Origin: Lingula anatina
Taxonomy: Eukaryota > Animalia > Brachiopoda
NCBI GenBank assembly: GCA_051362555.1
Contig: CM120640.1
Location: forward strand, 61,792,788 to 61,856,787
Direction of reading: 5' to 3'
DNA: 64,000 nt
Positions 1-24,593 of this stretch are shown in pieces. The position numbers and the translations under genes were made by a program. How positions within the stretch are numbered: position 1 is the first letter of the stretch; each line of letters opens with the position of its first letter. Under the pieces are notes generated by a model. It was not told the origin of the DNA. It saw only the letters and a list, made by a program, of their open reading frames with translations, and did not search any database.

Positions 1-1077
1 ACAAGATGATAATTTTATGACAAGGTAATATTTGGGCAGTACGCGATTTTTATTACACGCCCGTACAAACTCTCAAAAGTCCAATTCGTCTGATTGAAAT
101 GTTTCCATAAGTTGAGGTGTGTCTATGTATTTGGCTCTTTTTTACTGGTAACAGAAAAGACAGTATTATGTCTCACAATGCTGTGTTCTTATAGCTTTAA
201 AACCAAGTTCAAATTTATAAGGCGTCAATAGGCTTCACCAAGACGAACATGGGTATATACCGGTAGCAATACAATAAGAAATATATTGCAGTTGGTTATT
301 TTTATGATAAAACTGTTTTATGTGCTGTTAAAAACAGGTGCATACAGGTATGTAGATACATATCTTTTCTGCAGCATTTATGATTTTCGTGCCTGGCATC
401 TACTGCATAGTTTTAGTAACCGCTTAAGGGTAGCTGTAACTGTTTGCATACCAACGCGCATAATCGTGTCTACAACTAAAATTGCACCTGGGTGTGTTTT
501 TATACGCAAAGAAGTCTTATATAGATTTAAAACTCATCAACCACTTAAGATAGATGCCATGTGCTTTTCGTCGTAGTAGTTTTCCACTGTACATGTGCTC
601 TCCATACTTCAGTTCACATTGCGGTTGAACTGCCCGTTTAAGTCCGTTGACGTGGAACAGTAGTAGAATTTTGCCAAAGTAGTAAACGTCCTTCCACTAT
701 CATGAATACAGATCCACTGTACGTAAACGCTCCCTCCAAATCAAGTTATTCAAGTATTCATTCCAGGCCAGAGTGTTATTAATATGATAAAGTATAAAGT
801 GGGGGCGTTATAGGGTCACGTCCTCGTCTTTGTCCTGTTTTATTACACCTGTTTTCGCGGGTGGTGGTTGTTAATGTCGAACTGCTTGTCTTTCAAAATT
901 TAAAAATGAACTACGTAAATCGTCTTTTTTTGACACAATGGCTCTTGGTTACCATTCAACCTAGCTGACAGTTGGTCTAGCCTTATTTCCATGTGGTATT
1001 TTTGCTTTTTTGCTAACATTAAGAAGGGGGTGTGGCCAACATTTACTTGAATCTTGTAGTTTTTGTCGTCGTGTCTT

Positions 1078-1976
1078 CAGGCCTAACCAACTACCAGACT
1101 CGGCACCTACGGATCCAGAATAAACCGGTATATCAGACCACACTACCCGTTTTCAAGGTGTGTGTCAGATCGCATTACAGAGTATCAGCCACCACACCGA
1201 TTTTGCCTGGTGCGCGATGTGATAGCGATGATCGTAGTAATAGATAGACCCCGAATCAGCGAGGGTTATGTGGCATACACGAGTGCGAAGCACGAGTGGA
1301 TGTCACATAACCCTCGCTGACGAGGGATCTATCTTATTTAGACCACGGGTCCATTAGCGGGTTATAACGCATTCATGCGAGACGTGCGGTTATGCGAGTT
1401 ACACCACGTCTGAATCTTTTGTTCTTCACTTCCAACGTGGTCTAAAGCGGGCTTGGAAAGTAGTGCATCTCATCTAGATTCATGCGCTGCTGCAATTTTC
1501 CCTGTTTATGCTAAAAATCTGACAATACCGCAATTTTTAACATAAAATTTAGGTTCGAACATAGCCAATGATGTTTTGTAAATAAGAACTTGCAAACTTA
1601 TATATTCATTTAGAAAAGTAGACCTAATTTTGATAGCGGAAGCATATTCTGTCGGGGGTTAAATATTTTCTGGACGAGATTCAGTGAGTCGTCTGTCGCC
1701 ATGTTGTCACTCGGAACTACTCCGATGTCTCCGCACTCGACAATAGTATGGAGATTGCGGAATGAGCCAAGGATTCCATGTTGTTGTATTCATACGACTC
1801 CAACTTGACGAAAACGAGGCGCGATACCCGGATGACAGGTAGGCTTACAAAATTTGTGATGGGGTATGATACTCTGTAATGCGATCTGACACACACCTTA
1901 AAAACGGGTGGTGTGGTCTGATATACCGGTTTATTCTGGATCCGTAGGTGCCGAGTCTGGTAGTTGGGTAGGCCTG
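1078..1976. mobile_element. Non-autonomous TIR element (MITE), ~110-bp TIRs, 5-bp TSD; hAT5-like
   Basis: 1078-1187 (CAGGCCTAACCAACTACCAGACTCGGCAC...GAGTATCA) is the near-perfect reverse complement of 1867-1976. GTCTT is duplicated at 1073-1077 and 1977-1981. A second family member lies at 18104-18719. The superfamily is inferred from CAG termini plus a 5-bp TSD. Confidence 0.85.
1242..1446. repeat. Long imperfect palindrome with a GCGAAGC tip plus a second short IR pair, nested in the MITE
   Basis: Arms AGATAGACCCCGAATCAGCGAGGGTTATGTGGCATACAC and GTGGATGTCACATAACCCTCGCTGACGAGGGATCTATCT span 1242-1334 around CACGAGTGCGAAGCACGAGTG. TTTAGACCACG (1337-1347) pairs with CGTGGTCTAAA (1436-1446). 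Confidence 0.75.
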
Positions 1977-4900
1977 GTCTTAGTGCGTAGCATTTGTCAT
2001 ATTTGAAAATACACACTTGACTAAGCATCCAGGCCAAGTAGACTGTCGTGCCAATGTCATTCTCTTCACTTCGAATTTGTGAAAACAACTGACCCGCTGG
2101 GAGATCACTGCGTGCAAGACCACTCACCGGGTGGGGTTTGTTTTTTTTTTTCAAATGTCTTGTCAAACCACATGAATTAGTTGATGAATGAGAGTAGCGC
2201 TTAATCGTTTGAGAAATGGCGCCAAGACGTGCTTTTGTGTTGTGGTTACTTTATTAAAATTCAACGTTCGTACATGTAAGGTTGGTTGACATTTAGTTTT
2301 TCCTTCTTGTTCCCTTTTAGTCATTTTGGGTGCAAGTTCCTTCAGTGTTGAGATATTTGTTTATTGCATATCTTTCATCAGTCTCCGCCGACACAAGCAT
2401 ATACAAGGACATATTAAAATATTTTAACGGACTTCTATACTGATGCAAAACCCAAACCGCGGTGTGCGGATACCTGGAAAAAATTGTTAGATCTGGAGAA
2501 ATCTACAGGCCGACCCTGTCTTGCTAATGCTACGTGTTGAGTGACTGTGATTTTCTGAAAATTCCTGGAACAAATCTGGAGTTACAGGCCAAATAATTTT
2601 ATCAAATACCCCGCCAGACAGGGACTGCTTGTGCTACACAGCAAATTAAAACGAAAGAATTCTCAGCTGACTCGCACACCGAGCCAAAAGACTACAGGAC
2701 AGACACTCAATGCATTCAACAGCAACGACCATGCTGGCAGTATTTCACGCAGCAAAGTTGGCATTTTCTGCTCACATCGAGAATATTCGGATTGAAACCA
2801 TTGTTTTTATTTCAAATTAGGTGCAAAAGATTTGTGCTTAAATTTGGAATATTTAAATGTTATAATGACTGAAAATTAAAATTTGTTTTGTATGACGACT
2901 ACTTACCAAATGAGGATTCAATTTTAACAGACGTAAACAAAATCCCCTTTAAACGTGAACTTGTTTTTCATTTCATATTTACGCATTTATACATGTTTTT
3001 TTTTTTGCATCTTCAACGATGCAACTGTTTCAATTCGATGTGTTTCTAAACTTGTACAAAGTAGTCATTATCTATTCAATTTCTTAGAGCAAATATGTAT
3101 TTTGGAGGTAATTAACTTGAAAAGAAAATTACATCTGTAGTGATATGCATATGTTATGAAAACCTTAAGACGAGTGCGATTTTGAACTGTTCTTGAGACG
3201 ACTGAGAGGCCCTTGGCACTGTTGAGGTGTATGAAGCAACTTGAAGTCATGCACAAACGAATAGTAGCTACCGGTAACGTCGAAATGTTTGAAAACTCCA
3301 CATAATTAGTCCTTGATTATAGCCCAAATAGTACTTCTCTGACTTCAGACATTATCTATCACAAGTTCTTTTAAGTCTCATGTTCATGATAAAGCATATT
3401 TTTCTAAGTATATTATCCAGAAGTTAATTATCCTATCCTCAAGCCACATGAGTATGTCCATTTTTTCTGCTAAGTGGTTATCTACTATTTGATTGATGCG
3501 CAATTTCTCTCCGTTTGCTATTTTTAAACCAGGCATATTCTGGTATTGATTTACATTCAACTTCACCATTGTCTTAAAAGACAATTTTAGGTACAAATCT
3601 TATTTTAAAACACTATTTAAAAAAAAACATAAAATCGTACACTAAAAGATAAACTTTTTCCAAAAATCGTCGCCCTTTAAAAACGATGACCTTACATGAA
3701 TTTAAGTTAGAAAATCATCCGGGACATGATGATTTATTTTTTTAACAGAGTGTAAGCCTAACATCTCCCGACAACAGATACAATTGTCAAGAAAAACATT
3801 TTAAGGTCATACATGAGACTGTACTGTCAACAACGTACTAATAAAACCAGTGACAGTCGGAGAATGCCACTGTACGTGACTGCCTTAGAGCCGTGAGGAA
3901 AGCCTCAAATAACGCTATCTTATAGAGTGATGCCCATTAGATAATTACTGAGTATAGTTGATGTTCAGGTCCACAAGGGCGGTGAATAGGGCTGTTTTGT
4001 TAAATCATTGTGTCTTGCTTGTGCGAATCGTTGACCCGTAAATCGTCATTTTGCTTGTAGGGCCTTGTCCAAGAATCCATGACTTTTAGGTAAAACGTTA
4101 TTCGATGACAATGACAGACATGGTCTCAATGACCTAGCCGTCTACTAGCTTCGAGCAGAAAGTGCAGTTGGACTGGCACCGACTCACATAACCGTCGTTA
4201 GCTGCGGGATTTATTCGCTAAATCTATCATTTCAAATACATATTTCCAAAGCGGGCCTAACCGATTAAGACGGTTATAAAGCAAAAATGATTTCCCTAAT
4301 ACTGCATCTATTTTATCCTGAACACCAAGACACCCCTTACACGAATCAGTTGGGAAAGTAAATATCTAATGATTTTTGAGATCAACTTTGTGAAAAAAGG
4401 CGCATCTTTTTTTTTATTATTCGTCTCGATTTTTCGCCGTTTTTGTGTAACAAAATACCACGGACTAGAATTGGCTAGAATCGTAGGAACAATTGCTTGC
4501 GAAGTCTTTTATTTCTAGTAGGGGAGGTTCGTAATGAGGACCCATCTTTGTAGTAGTTATCGTGTTTATATACCATTCTCTCCAAAGGTCAAATGTAAGG
4601 ACTTGTGCTCTATACATAACAACACGTTTTCGATTGTTTTTAGTTTTGCACATTTTGATAAGACCCACTTTAGCTGTTGCATAGGTAGATAAGTGTAACT
4701 ACAATCACAGGCTAAACAAGACTGTGACACCGATCTCTCTCGTAAGACCTAACGAAAAGAAACAAATACTATCCCAGTGACAACTCGTGCACAGATAGGC
4801 AATATAAACGTTGCCAACGCGGTCGTGAAAGGTGGGTCGTGTTCTTATTATGTACAATGCTGCTCGCTATTTGAAGATGTCATTGCTTATGAAGACCGCT

Positions 4901-7900
4901 GTGCAACTAAAATATCACAATGGCGGATGCTTCTCAACTGTCGCAATCTTCACATAATCCTCAATGGGGTTGGTACACCTGAAGAATTGGGTCGTTTTGT
5001 TAAATGGATTTGGAAGTGGCAGCAACCCTTTTCTTTTAAAGTCATATATGCGTAGTCAAGAATTTCTCTATCACAAGTCAATCAAGGGGAAACTAGAATG
5101 TTTTTTAAGAATTGTTCTTGCCGCGGTCTGACCCCAAATTACATTAGGAGTGGCTGCATTCAACGTTACCACCAATTACTATCACTATATAATACTATTC
5201 GAAAACCACCCCTGTTTTCGCCTGTCATTTTGTCGTGCAATGTGTAATCTCACTTAATGGGAAAAAGGCATGTAAACAGCTTGTAAGGCCTACAGTATCA
5301 AGTCCAATTAGACAAAAAAGATGAATTTATTTTCTTACCAGATAAACAAACGGTCCACACGTTATGCCCATCTGCTGGACATCCCATCTAGCTGGGATCA
5401 AATTATGTCTGGATCCAGCAATGGCTCTTGTCGGAGTCTCGACACCTGTTTCTTATCACCCGCCTGCACTTCTATTTGCACTGCTTGATTATGGAATGTT
5501 TTATTATGCTGGTAGTCAAATGTTGACAAAATTTTGAGGATGAGTGAGAGAATTTTTTTTTAAATCAGAAAATTTCTTCATTTTGTTAACATAACTTGCA
5601 TTTGTAAATTTGTCACGAAAAGAGAAAGATAATAAAAAGGGAACAAGACTAAAAACAGTTTATGTTTCATAAAGTTTTTCCTCATTATTTTAGCAAATAA
5701 ACAATTTTTCCATCTGCCCTTCCCGTTTGTCAGTTCCACACTGCCGGAAAACAAAGTAATAAAGCAGAAGGATGAAGGGAATTATACAACCCCTATATCA
5801 TTTCACAGCAAATAAATTAACATAGCTAAAAAAGCCGTGACGCGGCCATTCATTTCAAGTAATTTCCTGTCAGTGTTAATATTACTTTTTATCCCTCAAG
5901 ATTAAAGGGGTATTGTTCCTGTGGTTTTTAAGTGAGCTATTAATGCGCCATGTGCCTAAGATGTTAAGGGCATTGTGATTTCTTTCTTTTTATCAGCTCT
6001 GTTATCAATGATGTTTTAATTTCATTGTTTCAATAGTCTTTTACGGATATAAGTTCAGCGTGTTTCTGTGCTTTTTCTACAGTGAAACAACATATAAATC
6101 TCACTGTGGTAGCATTGAGTATCACTAGTTTGGGTCAAACACGCAGTGCAATAGAAATCCACAATGATTTACATTCCAAAGATTGTGTTTTCTACTTTCA
6201 GCTTTGCAAAATGTTACACGCTAAGGAAAATATTTTGACCGTGAGGAAATACCACAGTGACTTATACATTATATCGTGAAAATGGGAAAAAAAGGTGTGT
6301 AGCACTTCGGGTTAAGTGTTTTCTGTTTTGTTTGGATTTATGGCAATGACCAATAAACGCAAGCCTAAAATTTCAATTATACTCTGCAAATTATTGTTGC
6401 CGTTAACAGTGATTTGAGCATGCTTTATCAAGGTTGTTGTGGTAATGTCGGTGGATGAGAATCTACAAAGAATGATTTTGTAAGTAATACCCTGCTCTTT
6501 TTTCTGTTATTATAGCAATATACATGCAATGTAATGTGATAGTAATGAGACCACCATAGTCTTAGTGCAAAAACCAAAATGTTGTTAAGACTATTTCGTA
6601 CATTAAGCTTAACCTGCTCCGTATAATAATGCCGAGAAATGAGTAACCCAGCTTTTAGGAAGTCAGCGCGCATAAGTGTTTTAAGCTGTTTTAGTGATAC
6701 AGGTGTGCACGGACACAATAGGAAAATACATGTGCATGTTGCATTATATAATATGATAATTATAAGGTTCCAAATTACGCTTTACAAATATTTTGATGAA
6801 TAGTCATTAATAATTTAGAAAATTATGCCATATCATAAATCTCGTAAACCAAGTCTAGAAAATGCTGCTTTCTTTTTCGCCTTCTGTTTTTGGTTAGTAT
6901 ATTGTTTTGAATGTCAGCCCCTAAACTATGTTTATTTATCAATTAGCCACTGAATCATGGTGTGAGCTGCTGGACCGTGTGCTTCTTGTCGTAAAAAATT
7001 ACAATTTAAGTGGTAAAACACTTAACCTGGAAAACGCACCTTATTTATGGCGGCACAACTGTTTCGACCTCCATCTCTGCCACCCAACATTGCAGGCTTT
7101 TTTTATAGTGAAGGCCTAAAGTCTAAATACAATTCCTCTGTCGACGTTCTTTTACTAAATAATTAATCAGTTCCACGTATTAGCCGCCTGCAGGGATTCA
7201 ATCCTACATCAAGTCGCTGCGTTATTGCACTGGATTTAGTCTTGCTATGTCAACCGCTAACGGTTCTAGCGATCGCTTGGTCAATGCGGAACTATGCATG
7301 GTAGGTTTAGTATGTCTTTTTAAATTTGATCACGTATAACTCAATGTTGTTAAAAGTAATAAGACATTTAACGCAAGCCTTTCTGAGTCGAGAACATAGA
7401 GAATTTCAATTCAATCACCGCACTCGCCTTTTATTTACATTAGGTGCATTCTTTTTGTGGGATTGACTAATGCTTTTTTTGCGTTACTGTTGTATAAAGA
7501 TACGTCGAAGAGATCAGAGCATTGGTTTATCCTGACAGACATTTTGATTGAACTGAAATAGAAATATATCATCTAAAAACATCTCCAGCATATTGGGATG
7601 TCACAAGCTAACTTGTCAAGCTTTACTTATTACTAGGAGTTGTGATCCGAAACTTAAATATTTTATGTATTGAAAACAGAAGGGATTTTAACTGGGCGGT
7701 AGATGGAAGCATGTTACCAATACATGTAGTTTGAAACAAATCCTCGACCATTTACTAAAACAGTTATGAGTAAAATATTGAAATTATTGGTGAAATGCAT
7801 TAAGTGTGATTAACTCTTCCTAAAATAGAAAAATTATACAATGGTCTGAAGAATAGAACGCAAGTAAAGTAATTACACAAATAAATAAACAAATAAATAA

Positions 7901-8750
7901 AGATGATAAACAAGATGACTTAACACTATGATACTCTATGCATTAGAAAAAGGATAATAGAGAAATAAGTGGAAAACGGACTACAAACAAAAATATTACG
8001 TGAAGTCACTTAAATTGTTTATGAATTATTAAATGTCTCCTCTCTTGCTGAAGCGAATAACGCTTCAAGTATAACGTCGTCATCAATTGTCCACTCATGC
8101 ATAATTGTTGCCTCTATACTTGACGAATCACGCAATACCGATCTTCTATCACATAACTTAGCTGACAATCGATGGGCAAATGACACTTACGCATAATTCT
8201 CAACAAAGCAGTACAAACAGAACAAAATGAGCAAAGCAATATGTATGATGTCTTGCGTTTATTTCCTTTTTGCAACCAGAGAAAACACTACCAGAATGTT
8301 AATGGGAGACGCAAATAGTGAGGTACTTTACGGTACTTGAGGAAATGGCATACTTGCATTTGCAATCTATTGATTTATGTCAAAATCAGCGAGACATCAT
8401 TGACACTGCGCATGCTTGAGTAAACAGATCGTGGCTGTCACGAACCAGGCAACTTACACACCGGAATATCAAAGGTCATATGATGGCGAAATGGTCTAAT
8501 CCGCGTAACTGATTCATTTCTGTGACATCGTTTTATTATCGATATCATTTATTTTACTAGCTGTCTAAACTTCTTTGTTTTGATAAACCGAAACGGCACC
8601 TCAATTTTTCGATAAGAATGCCTACCTGTGGAATGTTACATACCGAAGCACAATGCTGTAGAAAAACTGTCACCAACATGTGAGTATATCAAAAGCAAGG
8701 TGGTTTTAATCATGCAAGCTCAAATTATTCCTATTTTGCAGAAATACGAG

Positions 8751-14078
<5,328 letters not shown>

Positions 14079-14485
14079 ACAAGAAAACACGGGATTATTT
14101 AACCCATTACTATAAATACCTCACTTAAATGAGACATGATGTAAATGCAGAATCCACTTCGAACTGTAAATATTAGAATGTAGAAGAGTGTGTTTATAAC
14201 CTCTTTGGTATGTTATACTGCGGAGTTATTAGTGTAAATTTTCAATTTATTACTTAGGTTAAAAATGCAACCGAAGATATTCCCATGGGCTTCTAAAGAA
14301 AATTCTGAGAAGACCCCTCATTAAGACCCCATGATGGCACACAATAGAGAACCTTTACATTGTGTTTTGTTTCTTCGCGTTCATGTGAATAACCCCTGCG
14401 AAGTAAGCCTGAAAAAATGTACCAATATTTGGAATAATATTACTGTTGGCATTTATATTATGAACTGTGTTTTTGATATAGATAA

Positions 14486-14748
14486 CAGGAGCGGATCCAG
14501 GATTATTTGTGTGTGTGTGTGTGTGTGAGGGGGGGGGGGTCCGCGGACCCTACCCTTCCCCCCTCCTGGCATGGGGTTAAAGGCCCGCTAAAATTTGGTA
14601 TTTTAGAGGGCGAAAAGTGCCATTTGGTACAGTTTAAAACAATAATTCAGGTACTAGGTAGTCAAAATTCTAATTTCAACAGGAGACCATGGGTGTGATT
14701 TTTTTCAGAATTCGAAGGGGGGATCAGGACCCCCTGAATCCACCACTG
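14486..14748. mobile_element. Small hAT-like MITE (CAGGGGCGGATCCAG-type ends) with an internal (TG)n/poly-G tract
   Basis: Left end CAGGAGCGGATCCAG and right end CTGAATCCACCACTG. Flanks GATAA/GACAA match 4/5, a degenerate 5-bp TSD. Same terminal motif as 41509-41676. Confidence 0.6.
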
Positions 14749-15449
14749 GACAAATATTTATGTTTATGTCAAGTTTGAAGAACAAGTTAGTTATCTTTGA
14801 TTACGTGATTTTTAAATTTGAAACAATCCTGTCGATTGCGATTTACGATTTTCGATTTAAGTACGGGATATATAGTATCTCCATGATGACAAAAATATGA
14901 TATTAATTATATTTTTAATGAGAATTTATAATTTGCCCACGATGATCCATAGACTTAACAGCTGGGGATCAAATAAATAAATATATAGACGTTACTTCGA
15001 ACGAAAAATAGCAAAACAGAAAAATATTCAATTTCATATTTTTTTAAAATAAGAGTTATGGATCTGTTGCAAGGGGGGGTCTTTACATATGTGCAGTTGT
15101 ATTTTCATCCCTTACTTGTGAATGGCACGAAAGACGAAACAGTTGATGTCCCTTTGACATGTGCTGGAGTTCCTTCAAAGTACGCCTGCTGAACGTTTGG
15201 TCAATTTCATTTGTAAAGAAGAATTAGGGTAACTTACTACAAACGGAAAGGAATCGACTTTTTGTCGAGCATTGTAACTGGTCAACGATGCACGGGGAGC
15301 TGTTAGTATAGTATGCACGTGCACGTGCTATAAAGATTCCAGACTCTCTGCCTTGATCATTTACAGTGTGTGATACCTTTAAACACAAACCACTGTGATA
15401 AGCTATGTGAAATCAATACAGTGGAAAAAAAGAAAAGTGAATATATGTG

Positions 15450-15450
<1 letters not shown>

Positions 15451-15487
<37 letters not shown>
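15451..15487. repeat. (TG)n microsatellite
   Basis: Direct reading. Confidence 0.9.
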
Positions 15488-15489
<2 letters not shown>

Positions 15490-17159
15490 TATTGCGATTG
15501 TTATCCAAGCTCCTACCTACATGTACATATATATGTACAGAACATCTAACACATTCGGTCTACCACGCTGCAGTACGTGACAAATAAAACAGTACCCGTA
15601 CATGCCTAGGAATTCACCAAGGCCGAGGCAGGGTGAATGTAGGGTTCTCAGGGATAAATAGGGATAAATAACTGTCCAACTTCGCCTTGAAAAATAACGG
15701 AAGCTAAATAGTGTTTGTGGAGAATGAAGAGCGTTTGTGGTTATAAGCAATGATTGCTTTATTTACTAATATATACTGTATAGTCTGAAAAACCAGGCAG
15801 GGTCAATTGTAGGGTTACAGGTGATATATTAGTTGCTATCCCGGTTGCAATCTTAGCATGATTTTTAAACAGTTAATCGTGTAATGGTGAAAGTGCATGA
15901 GATTATTACAAATGTACAACAAGGGCGGGATTGTCCAAATTAACCACCTGCTGTATCCCCTACTGTAAGGGGTTTATTTACACCCGTATCAAAGCGATAA
16001 CACACAACAATAGAAGTACCTGGTGTACATGTCGATAATATTTCATAAGAAGACGTATGTTGGTCTAAACGGATCATTAACGGATCATAATAGCAGGGAC
16101 GGTCGATCAATGATTTGTAAATATACCTAATAAAATACATGCAACTCGATTAATATGCAGATAATTTTTTGCAAAACCAGCACAAAAAGACAGCCCGGTT
16201 TAAATACAAGTAAGTATTTGTGTAATAAATGGTTTAACCCCTGTATGTTCTGCGCACTACTTAAGGCCGCCAGTTAAAAACATGTCACAAGCACTTATCA
16301 CAACGTAAAATAACCACACAAGCGGAGCCAAAGTTTTATTGATGACCTTGCAACTGAATGCTGATCAAATATTCTTGTCGTATGCATGTCTCATAAATCC
16401 TCTCAGATCCACCCTAGGTAAACATTAATGTTGTCTCTAAACATGTCATTTACTGGTTAATTTTTGGGTTGGTGGGCTATGCTGTACGCGTGCACCCTGC
16501 ATGAAGACCTTAGGACTGTGACCGCATTAGGGATATCTTACCCTCTGGTACTTAGCCACCCAATTCAGTCAAAGATTTACATGGACGGATTAAATCTGAA
16601 TTTAAAATCTCATTTTAAGAGTTTTAGTATGTCGTATTCTGATATGAAAGTGTTTTATCATCATTGTTTCTCATAATATCACAGACACATTGGTTACCGA
16701 TCAATTGATAAAAATATATTTTATTTAAACCACATGATAAAATAAAGCTTTTTTCCTCTTTGCCGAAGCCTAATTTACAGTTACGTACATTTGAAACATG
16801 TTCAATTTCTAAAGTAGTATGCAATACCATAACCTAGAATAATCCAGCAAATTTTAAAGAAATAGTCCAATCTTTTTTTAAGAAAGAAAGAAATAAGATA
16901 TGAATATTTCTGAACAATTCTTTTGAACTATTATCTCCCAACATAAGAAATTGCTGATTTGCAAAACATATCACGGAAATAGTGAAGAAAATATCAACCT
17001 TCTACTTTACTTTCAAACACACACACCAAAAACGGATTGGTACTTCATGAAAAATATTAAATTCTCCTTCAAAATCACAGCCAATAGTTTCAGTGATTGT
17101 ATTATTCGATTTGACTTTACAGGTCAGACCTCAGAGGCAAAACAATTATATATTCAAAA

Positions 17160-21990
<4,831 letters not shown>

Positions 21991-24593
21991 GCTGATATAT
22001 AAATATATTCTTATATTTTTACTTCACCTATATTTCTTGATGAACTGGTACTGGTATCCCAAGGAAATGGCATCCACACTCATTATATCCCTGATATTGC
22101 ACTGAACTCGTTCATACCGTATATCGGTTAATATAGGCCCCCTGGTTATTTTCTTTGACGTTGGAAAGATCAATCAAAACTGCAATGTAATGAAGTTTTT
22201 GATAAATCATTATTTTGGTAGAGGCAGACATTCTATAATTGACTTGACAACTAATATATATTTTCATCATTATAAGTGGAATTTTAACACCTTCTAGAGA
22301 AAAATTTCGAGTGAACAAGTAATTGCATGAATCAAATCGAACACCGGATGTGAAATGAACTTTAATGTTTTTGGTAAAAGAATGAATGTCATCTTATATT
22401 GTTATTAGCATTCCGTTTTTATTTTTCATTTTTATTTAGGATTCAGTTTTAAATAACCGTGCGATTAATAGCCTCCCGGGATTCTTTCCCCTTGACGCTC
22501 TTTGTCGCGCTGGCGGTCGTTGCAGCATATATTTCAAAACAAATTGACTGCAAATTAGGGACGATTTTGCACCTTCCATTTCCGTGACACGTTTTCATAT
22601 CATGTACCTATTATTTCTACAAGTATTCTCTGCCCTAAATGCGTAAAGAAGAAATGTTATCTTACCATGTTGTTGGAAAAACTGCTTTTCTTCTCCGAGT
22701 CCATGTCTTTACTCCCGTTCACCTCCAGCTAAAAATGACCACTCAGCTTCGCGTCTTACACCACTTGACGTCACATAACATCACACTTCTGGCACAATTT
22801 TGGTCTCATCCGGTACCATTTATTGATTCATTTAAATCCTCAAACATACATGCTTGTACATGTACATCTTGGGGATACATTTATTTACTATATGACAGTC
22901 ATCTTGAACTTTATGAAAGAAAGTAACACAATTCTTACAATTTAATTGGTAAAAATAAATAGTAAAATTGTATTTTTCAAATAAGGTCATTTTTATATCA
23001 CCTTTTTAAGGGTGTTGGGTGGTTTCCAGAACATATGTTTTTCACGTGGTTCAGGTGTTCGCCAACCAGTGTATTGCCACAAAGATGTTCTTACCATCCA
23101 CAGATACTCTAGGAGCGAAGACGCTTCAAAGGCTGCAAACTCTACTAGAATTCAACTGCAAAAACAACATGGTTCCAGTCCTGTGCGCGAAAACGCTGAA
23201 GGTTCGCATCATATTCTGGTATAGAACAACTATTTTATGACACACTGCTACGCTCAGCTGAATTTGCAATTTGTATGCAAAATTTTAAAATCGTCCTTAC
23301 AGGTGTTATCGAACTATGGGGACTTACGAAAGAACCATGCTATGCCATACTCATACTAGGACCAACCCAAAAAAATCTACCCAATTGAAATCACCACATA
23401 TTACGGAATATAGTAATGCTACAGCCAAGTTAGTTGGTTAACTTGTACTGGTCCCTGACAAGACGTTTTTCTTTTCACATTCTTTCACACTGGTCAAAAC
23501 TTTAAACTGGAATATTAAATGCCGGTTCTGTGCATTTAGATCTTAGCCACTTTCACAAAGATGAAACTCAGCTGTCAAACGAGCAGATTTATGAACTATA
23601 GATATACACACCTGTAAACCTGTATTACGTTTTGCAATCTCCTTTAAAATGTTTTACATTATCATTTACTCTATTTCTGTGTTAAATTTTTACCTGTTTT
23701 AAAGGCTGTTAAAATTTGGCCCATGGACTACATGTATGGTGTCAAATGAAGACTAACTTTGAATGACGGCAAAATTAAAGAATTTACTGTCACATAAAGG
23801 GCCACATCATTGACTCTAGACCCTATTGTACTAAGATTTGACACGTGTAAATACACACCTTTGGCTTTATCAGAGCGTATCGCTAAACATACATATCACA
23901 ATCACACAGAGAACTCATAGAAAAGATACGACCAATTGTTGCAGATTATTTTGAGCACCGTGTGGAATATTAATGTGGCACTTTGCTCTAACGTTTAATA
24001 CATCACCTACAAAGCAAACATGTCAATCTGATAGTTTTTGTGTGTGTGTCTATTATCTGTGTCCCTGGTTGTGTGTCATAGTGATTACATGAAAAAAGCC
24101 CTCCCTATCTCTGTAGCAGGAAAAAAGACTGGAGATTGCCGACTTTAGTCTGCATCATCCACACATTTTAGCAAGCGATATTTTGATACTAAGTTGTTTC
24201 CATCTGATTTGATAAACCTTACCAAATAAAGAAAATGTTCATTATACGACAACAACGCAAGGCACAGATTAGGAACCTATTGGTACTTATGATACAATTC
24301 ATCACATTTCTATATATATAATAGAAGGTGAAATAACAAAAAACCAAAGTTTAACTTAACCAGTATACAGACCAGACACTATGAATATTAATAAACAGTT
24401 CAGTGTTATAATGGAGTGAATTGAGCTGTTGATAGAAACTTGCTGCCTATTACAGGTACGTTTTATTGGTGCCTAATGACACGCCTGGTTGCACTGTTGC
24501 GCATGCGCATTTGTTATAATATCATTCAATTATAAGTTGTTGGTTGGCACTTTTCCAGGGGGAAATACAGCGCAGCTAGGCCTGAGAAGCAAG

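Noticed and set aside
1032-2166. ORFs sharing NYQTRHLRIQNKPVYQTT
   Set aside because: They are translations of the two MITE TIRs, not protein domains.
286-7119. Short ORFs in the first 7 kb (e.g. 3384-3596, 4465-4668, 4777-5055)
   Set aside because: No recognisable motifs or consistent splice chain; likely intergenic or old repeat debris.
15626-15828. Short direct repeat GGCAGGGT.AAT.GTAGGGTT
   Set aside because: Only two degenerate ~30-bp copies with no TSD or coding context; insufficient to call an element.
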